Below, piece after piece: positions 1-9,104 of a DNA stretch of 19,810 nt. Numbering within the stretch: position 1 is the first letter of the stretch; each line of letters opens with the position of its first letter. Both the position numbers and the translations under genes were made by a program. Origin of the DNA: Candidatus Sumerlaeales bacterium (GTDB taxonomy: Bacteria; Sumerlaeota; Sumerlaeia; Sumerlaeales; Sumerlaeaceae); contig JBBSQY010000057.1 in NCBI GenBank assembly GCA_038243585.1, positions 1-19,810 on the forward strand, written 5' to 3'. The notes beneath the pieces are model-generated. The model ran no database searches. It saw nothing but the letters and a program-made list of their open reading frames with translations, and was not told where the DNA came from.

Positions 1-36
1 GGCTTCTGCAATTTTTTTTAATCCAGTTGCTTCCAT
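1..36 (-). CDS. Possible 5' end of a gene running off the left edge, perhaps a LacI-family HTH regulator
   Basis: ATG at 36 (minus strand) reads MEATGLKKIAEA to the window edge, with an in-frame TGA upstream at 70-72. LKKIAEA resembles the LacI HTH start (TLKDIAxxAGVS). Only 12 codons are visible and there is no clear RBS. Confidence 0.3.
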   Translation of the reverse strand, partial: MEATGLKKIAEA

Positions 37-555
37 GAGGTTTTTACCATATCGTTCCAGATCACATTTTCATGATCAATATTCTCTTGAATGCCCATCC
101 TGCATTTGCAAGATGTGTACAAGCACCGTTGTGTAATGGCTGTGGGTAGTGTGCCGAAATCTAATACGTAGCGGCGTTTTTTAAGCAATCAGCCACCTCT
201 ATGAGATCACTTCTATGGGAGTGTGTGCTGGTGAACGTCGGTCCCGGTAGCATCAAGACAGGACTGGTCTTCATCGGCGACCAAAATTAAGCACAGAATT
301 GCGGACGAGCATACGATCGAAACACTTCCAGCGGGTGCGGTGCGGCCGGGGGCCTGCCGGATAAGCGGGCGATGTCAGAAAAATCGAGCGAGAAGGCGGA
401 AACGTCTGGGTCGCAAGCGATACCTGAACAGATGACGGAGTCATTGGAAGGTCGCGCTCCAAAAATCCATTGGCATTAACTTCTTGACACCTTTCGACTG
501 CCTCCATAGCCAAAATCCAGGTGTATCTTGTTTCTTGTAGTATCCTAATTAATAG

Positions 556-573
556 AATGCCGGCGCCGGCATT
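556..573. promoter_or_regulatory. Perfect 18-bp palindrome, candidate operator
   Basis: AATGCCGGCGCCGGCATT is its own reverse complement. It lies 50 nt upstream of the ATG at 624, in AT-rich flanks. Function is inferred only. Confidence 0.35.
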
Positions 574-623
574 AAGCCAATAGCCTGGCGTGTTATTGCT
601 AAGTTAATAAACTGAGGTGACAA

Positions 624-3263
624 ATGTCGCGGGTTTCGCTGAAAATGATAGGTATTAGTATAGGACTGTTGGGTGGTGATTTTGCCGGTGCCGGGATGGC
701 AGCGGATTTGGTCATTGATCGTATGCCTGCGCAAATTGATAGTGGGTCTGCCCCTTCCCAGTTTGTCACAATTAATGATATGCTCTATTTTACGGCGCGT
801 GGCAGCAGTAAGAATACAGAGCTTTGGCGTACAGACGGAACAAATGCTGGCACTCATGTGGTGCGAGAAATTGATCCGAGAGGAACTCAGTGGGATTTAA
901 AAAGCGGGTCTGACCCACTCAATCTGTTTAATTGGAATGGCACTTTATACTTTACGGCTGTGACACCAGAAACGGGACGTGAACTCTGGAAGAGTGACGG
1001 TACAAATGCGGGTACCGTTATGGTGAAAGATACAACGCCGGGGCCTAAGGCAGGGATTGTATTTGATCCGCATTTTGTGGTTTATCGTAATGAGCTTTAT
1101 TTCATAGCGAACAGGGGGCTGTTTAAAACAGATGGAACGCCGGAGGGAACCGTACAACTTGGTAAAGATGATGGACCGACGTCGCCTCTTTCAAGTGTCG
1201 CTGATGTCGAAGTTGCCGGAGATTATCTCTATTTCCATTCTAAAGGAAGTTATGGTCCTGGTATTTGGCGTTTTGATGATGGACCTGTCAAGCTAATCCA
1301 GGTTTTAGAGATTCTGGACTGGACTGGGACGCCGGAACTGACAAATGCAGGTGGAACATTGTACTGCGCAATTGACCGGAACAAGGCATTAGCGAAGGTG
1401 GGTACCACAACTCACAGTAGCGTGTTGCTGACGGATACGATGGATCGAGTTTCGAGTTTTACCGAATTCGACGGTAAACTTGTGTTTACCGCAAGGCGCC
1501 TTGGCAGCGAGCGTTCTGGAATCTGGATGAGCGACGGCACGCCGGCTGGCACAATCCCCTTATTGGAACCCGCAGACGTTGGGATTGGCGGACCACTTAC
1601 AATAGTAAATGGATTACTCATTTTTAATGCAACTGCATCTAACGGGTCCGGCTCTATCGGATTATCTGATGGAACTGTTGCTGGAACTCATCTGGTCGTA
1701 AGCTCGCCGCAGGGAGAATACTTTACGTGGTTTAATGGGGAATTATATTATATGACTGATATTGTCAGATCCGGTGATCATTATCCGGTCATGTACAAAA
1801 CAAACGGTACGCAACAGGGCACTATGCGTGTGGATGAGAATATGTATACTGGAGACGCGGGATTTGGTATACTTGGGGATCGTCTTTTTTTTGGCGGGAG
1901 AACCCAAGGGTGGGGCGGTATCCCCGAGTTATGGTCGATTCCGGTCACGACAGGCATGCCGAGTTTATTTCAGAAACTGGGTGTAGAAGGAGAACCAGGA
2001 ATAGATTCGGGGGATGTCGGAGTTGCCTTTAAAGGCAAGTATTATTTTACTGACCGTTCGAAGATACCGGGAAAATCTAGATCTGGGATATCTGTTACCA
2101 ATGGATCAGCGGCAGGTACGGCGTTCTATTCTGATAATCCCTCCCATCTCGTGGGGTCGGTGAATGGTCATTTGTTTATCACAGATGACTATGAATCTGT
2201 CTTATCATCAGCTTCTGGAGTGACTGGTGACGAGGAATCGTTAGGTATGAAGTATAGTACTTACCTTAATGGAGGCTTGGCTGCTTTTGTTCCATGGGGT
2301 AACCGGGCCTTAATCCGTGGTAATAGTGTTTATGTTACGGATGGGACTGCGTCGGGCTCCATCCAACTCTTTAGTTCTTCACAGAGTTCCTTTCGGTGGG
2401 ATATGACGCCATTGAATGATTCCATTGCTGTCTTGCGAAAGCAGGATTATAGTATCTACAGCGGTGAGATAGGCTATTCAAAACAGTTGTGGGCTACCGA
2501 TGGCTCGGTTGCTGGAACAGTGAAGATAACTGATTTGCGTGATGATCCAGATATTGGCGCGGTCATGGTATCATCGTCAGGTTACGGATATATGCCTGTT
2601 TACACGGATCGAGATAACGGTCAAGGACCAGCGAAGCTCTGGAAAACCAATGGAACACAGGTCGGCACATCGGAAATTTCCGGATCTCCTGATTTTTATA
2701 ATGTCGAATCTATAAAAGCCAATTCCAGCCACGTTTTGTTTGCGTCTGTTGATCCGGAAACTGGTACTTCTGTGTTATGGTCCTACGATATTGTCGGCAA
2801 CAGCTTCACAAATCTGCAGACCGTCTTCCCAACAGGCTCTGCAGTTGTTTTTAACGACCTAATATATTTTGCCGGAAACGACGGGGTGCATGGTGTAGAA
2901 CTGTGGCAGAGTGATGGCACAGTCGGCGGCACGTTCATGGTAGATGATTTTATGCCTGGAAGTAATTCATCATTTCCCACACAATTGACCGTCATTCAAG
3001 ATATTCTCTTTTTGGCAATGGACCACCCGGAGTTCGGCTACGAACTTTTTGCTATGCGTCAAACTGATACTAAGCCATGGATGGTAGACGATTTAAATAG
3101 TGGCCGGGCACCATCGACTCCGAACAGGCTACACGTTTCTACAGACGGAAACACATTGTTTATGTTTGCAGATAACGGCGCCAGCGGACAAGAACTTTTC
3201 AAGGTGGATGTGAACGGGTTAATGCCCTATACAGCCGCAAGGGATTGGTCACTTTACCAATGA
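624..3263 (+). CDS. Secreted ELWxxDGT-repeat protein (probable beta-propeller), 879 aa, with C-terminal WxxY tail
   Basis: Long ORF with GAGGTG RBS before the ATG and a signal-peptide-like N-terminus. Repeats include ELWRTDGT, ELWKSDGT, LFKTDGT, IWMSDGT, VYVTDGT, QLWATDGS, KLWKTNGT and ELWQSDGT, with typical LYFTA / IYFAGNDGVHG flanks. Ends TAARDWSLYQ*. Confidence 0.9.
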   Translation: MSRVSLKMIGISIGLLGGDFAGAGMAADLVIDRMPAQIDSGSAPSQFVTINDMLYFTARGSSKNTELWRTDGTNAGTHVVREIDPRGTQWDLKSGSDPLNLFNWNGTLYFTAVTPETGRELWKSDGTNAGTVMVKDTTPGPKAGIVFDPHFVVYRNELYFIANRGLFKTDGTPEGTVQLGKDDGPTSPLSSVADVEVAGDYLYFHSKGSYGPGIWRFDDGPVKLIQVLEILDWTGTPELTNAGGTLYCAIDRNKALAKVGTTTHSSVLLTDTMDRVSSFTEFDGKLVFTARRLGSERSGIWMSDGTPAGTIPLLEPADVGIGGPLTIVNGLLIFNATASNGSGSIGLSDGTVAGTHLVVSSPQGEYFTWFNGELYYMTDIVRSGDHYPVMYKTNGTQQGTMRVDENMYTGDAGFGILGDRLFFGGRTQGWGGIPELWSIPVTTGMPSLFQKLGVEGEPGIDSGDVGVAFKGKYYFTDRSKIPGKSRSGISVTNGSAAGTAFYSDNPSHLVGSVNGHLFITDDYESVLSSASGVTGDEESLGMKYSTYLNGGLAAFVPWGNRALIRGNSVYVTDGTASGSIQLFSSSQSSFRWDMTPLNDSIAVLRKQDYSIYSGEIGYSKQLWATDGSVAGTVKITDLRDDPDIGAVMVSSSGYGYMPVYTDRDNGQGPAKLWKTNGTQVGTSEISGSPDFYNVESIKANSSHVLFASVDPETGTSVLWSYDIVGNSFTNLQTVFPTGSAVVFNDLIYFAGNDGVHGVELWQSDGTVGGTFMVDDFMPGSNSSFPTQLTVIQDILFLAMDHPEFGYELFAMRQTDTKPWMVDDLNSGRAPSTPNRLHVSTDGNTLFMFADNGASGQELFKVDVNGLMPYTAARDWSLYQ

Positions 3264-3652
3264 TCATCTGATTGGTTGCCTGGCAGAAAAGGCACCACCC
3301 CCGGGCATCCATATAAGATATCTATCAAAGAAGGTCAGTAAATTGGGGCGCTGGCCGCTGGAAAAATTGGGACTCGCGGTATTATATCTTATGAGTTTGC
3401 GCTGTACGATCGTTAACATCAATCGACGCTGGTGGTTTGCTTTCGGACGGAATTAAGGTAGTTATCGGTAATGTGGACTAACCTCTGTTCGCAATCTGCT
3501 AACTCTGGTGACCCTCCCGGAGCACGGAATCGGGGCGGTCATAGCTGGTGGGCAGTTCGCTTTGACTCTGACCACCGACTTCCGCTCTTTAGCCCTATTG
3601 GGGCAGCACCTGAAATGTATCATACCTAGACCGTTTGCAGATTTTTGTTAGG

Positions 3653-4903
3653 CTATGCTAATCGACGGATCTCTTCCAGCGTGCGATCGATTTCCGGTTT
3701 GGTGTTGTACGGAGCCAGACCGATTCTTACTACGCCCCCGGTCTCGCTTAGTCCGAGGGTTTTGATCAGCTCGACTGCGTAGAAGTCGCCGGCCCAGGTG
3801 AAGATTCCCTTTTCGGCCAGGGCGGTCGAGACATCCTGGGGCGTCTGATCACCGAGGCGGAACGCAATCGTGGAAGTGCAGGGATGATCCCGAGGGGGAC
3901 CGTAAAGTTTTACGCCCTCAATCTTTTCAAGTTCATCCTTAAAATAGCTCGCCAGCGGAAGCTCGTACTCCTCGATAGCGAACATACCGGCGATGATATT
4001 CTGACGACGTTCACTGCATCCAGACCAACGCGAAGGAACCGGGCCGCCCAACTTTTTCCCGATATCCGCGATAAATTCGACGGCTTCACCAGCCCCGGCG
4101 ATTGCCTCGTGATTTAACGTCCCGATTTCAAATTTATCAGGGGAATAGGGCTTTTGGGCTCCGACCCGCAACGTACGAAGCGAATCTGCAGTTGCGGCCC
4201 GCGCATAAAGCACACCAAGATGCGGACCAAAAAACTTGTATGCCGAACAGAAGAGAAAATCCATGCCGACGTCTTCCACATCGATTACGCCATGAAGTGC
4301 ATAGTGCACAGCATCCACTATGGTCATTGCGCCTACCTCGCGAGCCAGGCGGACAACTTCTTTCGCGTCGGTAATCGTGCCCACAGCGTTGGAGCCGTAG
4401 TTGAAGGCAACAACTTTGGTCCTATCGGACAGCAGGCTTTTGTAATGATCCATGTCGAGCAAGCATGTTTCAGGATTTATCCGCACACTTTTAATCACCA
4501 TACCCCGTTCGGACATCATCTCCCAAGGACCCCGATTGGCTTCGTGATCCATGTCTGTCAGGATGATTTCGTCTCCCGGCGCCAGATCTCGCACGATGGC
4601 ATTGGCCAGTTTGAAGCTGATGGTGGTGGAATTATGACAGAACGACACTTCTTCCCACTGACAGCCAAAGTAGTCCGCGAACGATTTCCTCGTATCCAAC
4701 ATCATATCATCGTTACGCTGACTCGTAAGAAATACCCCGCCGCTATTCGCGTTAGAATGAATCAGATAATCAGTAATCCGGTTAATCACGCGTTGCGGAG
4801 TCTGAGTCCCTCCCGGGCCGTCAAAGAATGCCGCAGCATGGCCATTGACCTCCAGGTTTAATGCCGGAAACTGCTCGCGTATATAATCCACATCATATGC
4901 CAC
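3653..4903 (-). CDS. Class V PLP aminotransferase / cysteine desulfurase-like protein, VC1184 subfamily
   Basis: Motifs IREQFPAL, FFDGPGGTQTP, DHEAN, VDAVH, CSAYKFFGPH (PLP Lys) and GVVRIG. Start moved from 4924 to the GTG at 4903, which has GAGGAG 8 nt upstream. Ends in TAG. Confidence 0.88.
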   Translation of the reverse strand: MAYDVDYIREQFPALNLEVNGHAAAFFDGPGGTQTPQRVINRITDYLIHSNANSGGVFLTSQRNDDMMLDTRKSFADYFGCQWEEVSFCHNSTTISFKLANAIVRDLAPGDEIILTDMDHEANRGPWEMMSERGMVIKSVRINPETCLLDMDHYKSLLSDRTKVVAFNYGSNAVGTITDAKEVVRLAREVGAMTIVDAVHYALHGVIDVEDVGMDFLFCSAYKFFGPHLGVLYARAATADSLRTLRVGAQKPYSPDKFEIGTLNHEAIAGAGEAVEFIADIGKKLGGPVPSRWSGCSERRQNIIAGMFAIEEYELPLASYFKDELEKIEGVKLYGPPRDHPCTSTIAFRLGDQTPQDVSTALAEKGIFTWAGDFYAVELIKTLGLSETGGVVRIGLAPYNTKPEIDRTLEEIRRLA

Positions 4904-5056
4904 AGTTTGGACTCCTCGAAACACGATTTATTATGACGAAAAAAAGGAACATTTATAAACGACCGGCAAGATGGCAGTGGCTAGTAAACGCGGATAAAAG
5001 TAAGTTTCCATTTAGGACGTTGACCGGTGTTTTTGTTGAGCAATCCCGTACGTGGT

Positions 5057-6160
5057 TTACCGGTTCAACAGCGAAATCGTCTGCGTCGTAAATGTCGGCT
5101 GGCAGTGCGGGCCTTCGGGGGTCCACTTCAATTCGTCTACGCACATCCAGCGTGTTTTCATTTCAGGATCCCAGGCATGGTAAACGATATAAGGCGTTTT
5201 ATTATCGGGGCCGGTGACGATGGAATGATGGCCGGGACCGCGCACCTTTTCGGGGATGGCTGAGAGAACTCTCGCATGATCTCCCTGATCCGCGTAGGGT
5301 CCCATGGGGGTATCTGCGACTACGAAATCCACCCCATATCTGGGTGTCTTGTAGTTGGCGCCGCTGTAGAAGCAGTAATATTTCCCGTCGTGTTTTACCA
5401 CACATGGCCCTTCGATTGTGTGCCAGTCGAAGGTGGCGTCGTATGCGTCCATGCGGCGATTCGCCTCATACAATGTCCAGTCATGACGGGCACGCACAAC
5501 CACTTTGCACTCCCCTGCCATGCGTGTCATATCCAGCAGGCGGTCGACTACCAGCGCGGTGCCAGGGTGTTCTCCTGACGCAGACGTGGTAAAGTTACGC
5601 GCGTAGAACATATACCATTGGCCGTCTGAGTCCTGAAACGGAAAGGCATCGATCGTAAACCGGTTGTTTTCACAATCCGTTAAACGGGCTACATCCGTGA
5701 AGGGGCCCTCAGGCACATTGCTGGTCGCTACTCGCAGCTCAAACTTTTCCTCTTTCGCCTGGCCCATTGAGTAGTAGAGGTAAAACTTCCCTTTGGATTC
5801 GATCACTTCGGGAGCCCAGTAGTTATATTTGCGCTCAGGGGAAGGCGGCACAAGCGCACCGCCAAGCTTCTCCCAATTTAAGAGATCGCGCGAACGAAGC
5901 GTGGTGAAAATCCGGTCATTTTCCAGGCGGCCACTGGTACCGTAGGCGTAATACCAGTCGCCATGGCGAATGACCGAGGGATCCGGCATGGAACCGCTGT
6001 ACACGGGATTCGTGTATGCCAGGCTAGAAAGCGTCCCAGTTGTCTCTGATGTTTTCTGGTCGCTGACCTCGGCGGCGTATAGCACGCCTGACGCCATTAC
6101 AGCCATTACGAGCCCGGCCAAAAACTGGCGTGTTTTAAATGGAATTGGAATGAATCTCAT
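5057..6160 (-). CDS. Secreted glycoside hydrolase family 43 (five-bladed propeller; arabinanase/xylosidase-like, substrate undetermined)
   Basis: NPVYSGSMPDPSVI (catalytic base Asp), WAPEV, IDAFPF (pKa-modulator Asp), TIEGP (catalytic acid Glu) and GPGHHS. Start moved to the ATG at 6160 (MRFIPIPFKTRQFLAGLVMAVMA..., signal-like) because the longer ORF overlaps the upstream gene. Confidence 0.88.
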   Translation of the reverse strand: MRFIPIPFKTRQFLAGLVMAVMASGVLYAAEVSDQKTSETTGTLSSLAYTNPVYSGSMPDPSVIRHGDWYYAYGTSGRLENDRIFTTLRSRDLLNWEKLGGALVPPSPERKYNYWAPEVIESKGKFYLYYSMGQAKEEKFELRVATSNVPEGPFTDVARLTDCENNRFTIDAFPFQDSDGQWYMFYARNFTTSASGEHPGTALVVDRLLDMTRMAGECKVVVRARHDWTLYEANRRMDAYDATFDWHTIEGPCVVKHDGKYYCFYSGANYKTPRYGVDFVVADTPMGPYADQGDHARVLSAIPEKVRGPGHHSIVTGPDNKTPYIVYHAWDPEMKTRWMCVDELKWTPEGPHCQPTFTTQTISLLNR

Positions 6161-6260
6161 AAAAGAAATTGGGCACGTCACAACGCCGTAGTCAAGGGTG
6201 GCATTCGATACTAATCTGCGGGTCGAGCACCGATTTGGAAAGAGCTTTGCAGTTGACCTT

Positions 6261-7499
6261 TCAGACTTCCTGCAGACATAGCCGTGTTGCGGTGGCGAGC
6301 AGCAGTTCATGGGATTCAGGGCCCACCTTGGACCACATTCCTGGTGAGGCCTCATAGCCACCGCGCGCCCATGATTCGGGTGGGACTATGTAACCAATAT
6401 AACCATTTGAAAATCCGACGAGCAGGGCGCAAAGTGGAGCAGTACGCAGACGCAGCTCGGAGTCGAATTCTGAGAACAATTCTCCGGACACACCGACGAG
6501 AGTTACGTCACCCAGACGGATGACCTGGACTTCTGCCTGGAATGGGTTTGTTCCTTCCATCCGGCGATGGACGAGCTCTTCTTCGTCGTCTGTCCCGACA
6601 GGCGGAAGCTCGCGTGAGGGTAGCATTAACTTTTCGCTCCTGCATTCACAGATCGCGGGCTGAACGGGAACTTGTTGGAGAAAGATGTCTGCCGATAACT
6701 GGGCGCATTTAGAGGCGATAAGGGTCGCTGCGGAATCGACCATTTCGAAGTTGCCTTTGTCGCCAAAAACCGGGTTTACGTCTCCGCACGCGCCTTGTAG
6801 AAATAACGCACGCTGGCACATCGGAGTGCTTTCCAGCAGGCGTATGAATTCGCTGGCGAAGTCCCCTGATATAAGCGGCTGATTTTGCACGATGACGGGA
6901 TGACATGCCCAATGGACAAGAAATATGGCTTGTTTGGGATCCGGCGATGTGAAGCTGAGCAGCGTCATTGTATTGGCTATATGATTTTCGCCGCGCCGGT
7001 TTTCTGCGACTCCTTTCAGGGGTCCGGATACGACTCGCAGCTGGGCGTCGAATCGAGAAGTGGAAGCTTCTAAAACGCACTCGGCAGCCTGATCGATCAG
7101 AGACTCGAGCCATTGCATTGCACCCGGGGACTCACGCAAAGGACGAAAATTGATTGTGTCGGGAGTGGAGTGGCTATGAGTCGCTGTCAACATTACACGG
7201 GATGCATCTATCCCGGATATCTGTGATATGCGGATTCTTACTTCGTCTATAAAGCTGCGCCCGGGTCCAAACAGCGAATCCGCAAAGCCAATGGTCTCTG
7301 CTGAGATCAATGCCACATCAGTATCTGCTCCTGCGCCTATGACAACAGCGCGCAGGAACAGCCGGTCATGTATTCCAGAGAACGGACGATGCCGCGGTGA
7401 GAAGCTCAGATAAGGCACAGAAAGCGGAGGCGTAATGTCGCGGATCGCAGTTCCAACACGAAACAACGATCCGGTGCCTTCTGCCCCCGGCTCACTCAT
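6261..7499 (-). CDS. Neutral/alkaline ceramidase-superfamily amidohydrolase, cytoplasmic, substrate unknown
   Basis: Motifs RDITPP, HDRLFLRA, ATHSHSTP, WACHP, ISGDF, LQGACGDVNP, GELFSE and GFSNGYIGY..GGYE. The ATG at 7499 overlaps the upstream TGA (ATGA), so this start is preferred over 7583. Confidence 0.8.
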   Translation of the reverse strand: MSEPGAEGTGSLFRVGTAIRDITPPLSVPYLSFSPRHRPFSGIHDRLFLRAVVIGAGADTDVALISAETIGFADSLFGPGRSFIDEVRIRISQISGIDASRVMLTATHSHSTPDTINFRPLRESPGAMQWLESLIDQAAECVLEASTSRFDAQLRVVSGPLKGVAENRRGENHIANTMTLLSFTSPDPKQAIFLVHWACHPVIVQNQPLISGDFASEFIRLLESTPMCQRALFLQGACGDVNPVFGDKGNFEMVDSAATLIASKCAQLSADIFLQQVPVQPAICECRSEKLMLPSRELPPVGTDDEEELVHRRMEGTNPFQAEVQVIRLGDVTLVGVSGELFSEFDSELRLRTAPLCALLVGFSNGYIGYIVPPESWARGGYEASPGMWSKVGPESHELLLATATRLCLQEV

Positions 7500-8740
7500 G
7501 CTTGGGTTGTTAGCGATTGTTGCAGGCCTGCTGCCACTTTTCGGAATGCTTGTGCGATATCCTCGATATCCGATTCTGACCATGTCTCGAAGATCCGTAG
7601 GGTCCCGATCTGCTTTAGCTCGCGCTCAGCAACTGGGCAGAGGCCGGGCCCATATTCTATTTCCCCGTTGTAATAGTGGGAATCGAATGGGTAGCTTGCT
7701 GAGCCGAATGTACGCTTGTTTTTGAGCGCGCCAGTGCAGAGATATACTGGGTCGACAGTGTACCCCCAACTGGCCGGCACACCTTCCGCCGCCAGTGCTT
7801 CTACGAATTCCTGCGGGTCATAGCCTGTGATCATAAATGCGTAAAGCCAGTATGAAGGATCTGCTTTAGGCTCGGCGGGACCCGGCGTTATACCAGGCAA
7901 ATCACTCAGTTTTTGCGTAAGGAGGGTGCCGAGGCGATGCATGGTGGCAACGACGGACTCTACCTTATGCAACTGCGCAAGCGCCACGGCGCCGGTCAGC
8001 TCGTTCATCCTGTAATTGAGTCCGAGGAACGTGTAAGATCGCGCGCCCCAGCGCCCGCGGTTTTCCCAGCCTTTGTCGCGGAAAAGCGCCATTCGCATTG
8101 AGTAGCCGTCGTTATTGGTTATGGTCAGCCCTCCCTCGCCCGCTGGAAGGTGCTTGGATTGCTGCATCGAGAAGGTGGCGATATCGCCGAAGGTGCCGAC
8201 GTAGCGTCCCTGGTATGTGGTACAGTATGCCTGGGCGCAATCCTCAATGACGGGGAGTTGATGTTTACGTGCGATCTCCATGATGCGGGACATGTTGCAT
8301 GGATTGCCGAAGAGATGAACAATCAGGATAGCCCGGGTACGCTCTGTGATTCTGGCTTCAATCGAGTCCGGATCCATGTTCATGGAACCTTCTTTCCAGT
8401 CCGCGAAAACGGGAATCTGTCCCTGGAACAGAATTCCAGCAATGGAGCCAAAGTCTGTCACTGGTGCGGTGATGATCTCACCGCCTGGATCGCTATTGAG
8501 CGCAGCCACGGCCATATGCACGGCAGCAGTTCCGGAAGAACATGCGTGAGCGTGTTTTGCATTATACATGGATGCGAACTCACGCTCGAGGCTCGCAATC
8601 TTGTTTCCAGACGTATAGAAAAGATCCTGCGAGTCGAGAGCTTCTTTCAGATAGTTGAGATCTTCCTGGTCGTAGGGCTTCCGTGCCGGGAACGGGGTGG
8701 TGCGAAGTGGCGCTCCACCGTGGACTGCGAGTTTCGTCAT
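7496..8740 (-). CDS. DegT/DnrJ/EryC1/StrS family PLP-dependent sugar aminotransferase
   Basis: Motifs CSSGTAA, ILIVHLFGNPC, IEDCAQA, FSMQQSKHLPAGEGG (PLP Lys) and GLNYRMNEL. AGGA lies upstream of the ATG. Confidence 0.92.
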   Translation of the reverse strand: MTKLAVHGGAPLRTTPFPARKPYDQEDLNYLKEALDSQDLFYTSGNKIASLEREFASMYNAKHAHACSSGTAAVHMAVAALNSDPGGEIITAPVTDFGSIAGILFQGQIPVFADWKEGSMNMDPDSIEARITERTRAILIVHLFGNPCNMSRIMEIARKHQLPVIEDCAQAYCTTYQGRYVGTFGDIATFSMQQSKHLPAGEGGLTITNNDGYSMRMALFRDKGWENRGRWGARSYTFLGLNYRMNELTGAVALAQLHKVESVVATMHRLGTLLTQKLSDLPGITPGPAEPKADPSYWLYAFMITGYDPQEFVEALAAEGVPASWGYTVDPVYLCTGALKNKRTFGSASYPFDSHYYNGEIEYGPGLCPVAERELKQIGTLRIFETWSESDIEDIAQAFRKVAAGLQQSLTTQA

Positions 8741-8789
8741 ATCTTTGTCCTATAGCCAGGTTTACTAGAGTCTTGTTTTGGGTGGCGCT

Positions 8790-8806
8790 TACAGCGAATC
8801 GCTGTA
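8790..8806. promoter_or_regulatory. 8-1-8 inverted repeat, candidate operator for the DegT unit
   Basis: TACAGCGA-A-TCGCTGTA has perfect arms and lies 50 nt upstream of the DegT start. The 1-nt spacer fits a DNA site better than an RNA hairpin. Confidence 0.4.
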
Positions 8807-9029
8807 GTGTCTCTGATGCGATACAACTCGGGATCGCTTTGGTATCGACAATAATGCACCGTGACATTTTTCTGCGAGCAAGACCGTCCATTCGCTGACG
8901 AGAGTCGTTCTGGGCAGGGCCTGTTTGTTGCTTTCCCCTCTGGCACGATGAATTATTAGCCTTAACTGAGGAGGCTTGGTTGAAGCAGTCCCTGTTAATT
9001 TTAAATCCACTGTAAAACCTTAGCGACGG

Positions 9030-9065
9030 AAAAAAGCGCCAGCTTCGGTTTTCTGAAGCTGGCGC
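9030..9065 (-). terminator. Intrinsic terminator downstream of the GH25 gene
   Basis: 11-bp perfect stem GCGCCAGCTTC/GAAGCTGGCGC (9036-9046, 9055-9065), 8-nt loop, followed by T6 on the minus strand. Confidence 0.85.
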
Positions 9066-9104
9066 ATATAATACTTTTTTTAGGTCTCTAGCGGCCTATG
9101 GTCA

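Noticed and set aside
271..513. 80-aa minus-strand ORF
   Set aside because: No recognisable motif or RBS and a composition typical of spurious ORFs. A small gene cannot be fully excluded.
586..600. Sigma-54 promoter TGGCGTGTTATTGCT upstream of the ELWxxDGT gene
   Set aside because: Only 9 nt separate GG and GC, whereas the -24/-12 consensus requires 10.
3264..3652. ncRNA or tRNA in the 389-nt convergent gap
   Set aside because: No cloverleaf, strong terminator or recognisable RNA motif was seen by eye.
6161..6361. Long N-terminal extension of the GH43 ORF (and similar extensions 7500-7583, 4904-4924, 19515-19571)
   Set aside because: These extensions overlap neighbouring genes or precede better RBS or signal-peptide starts, so they are longest-ORF artefacts.
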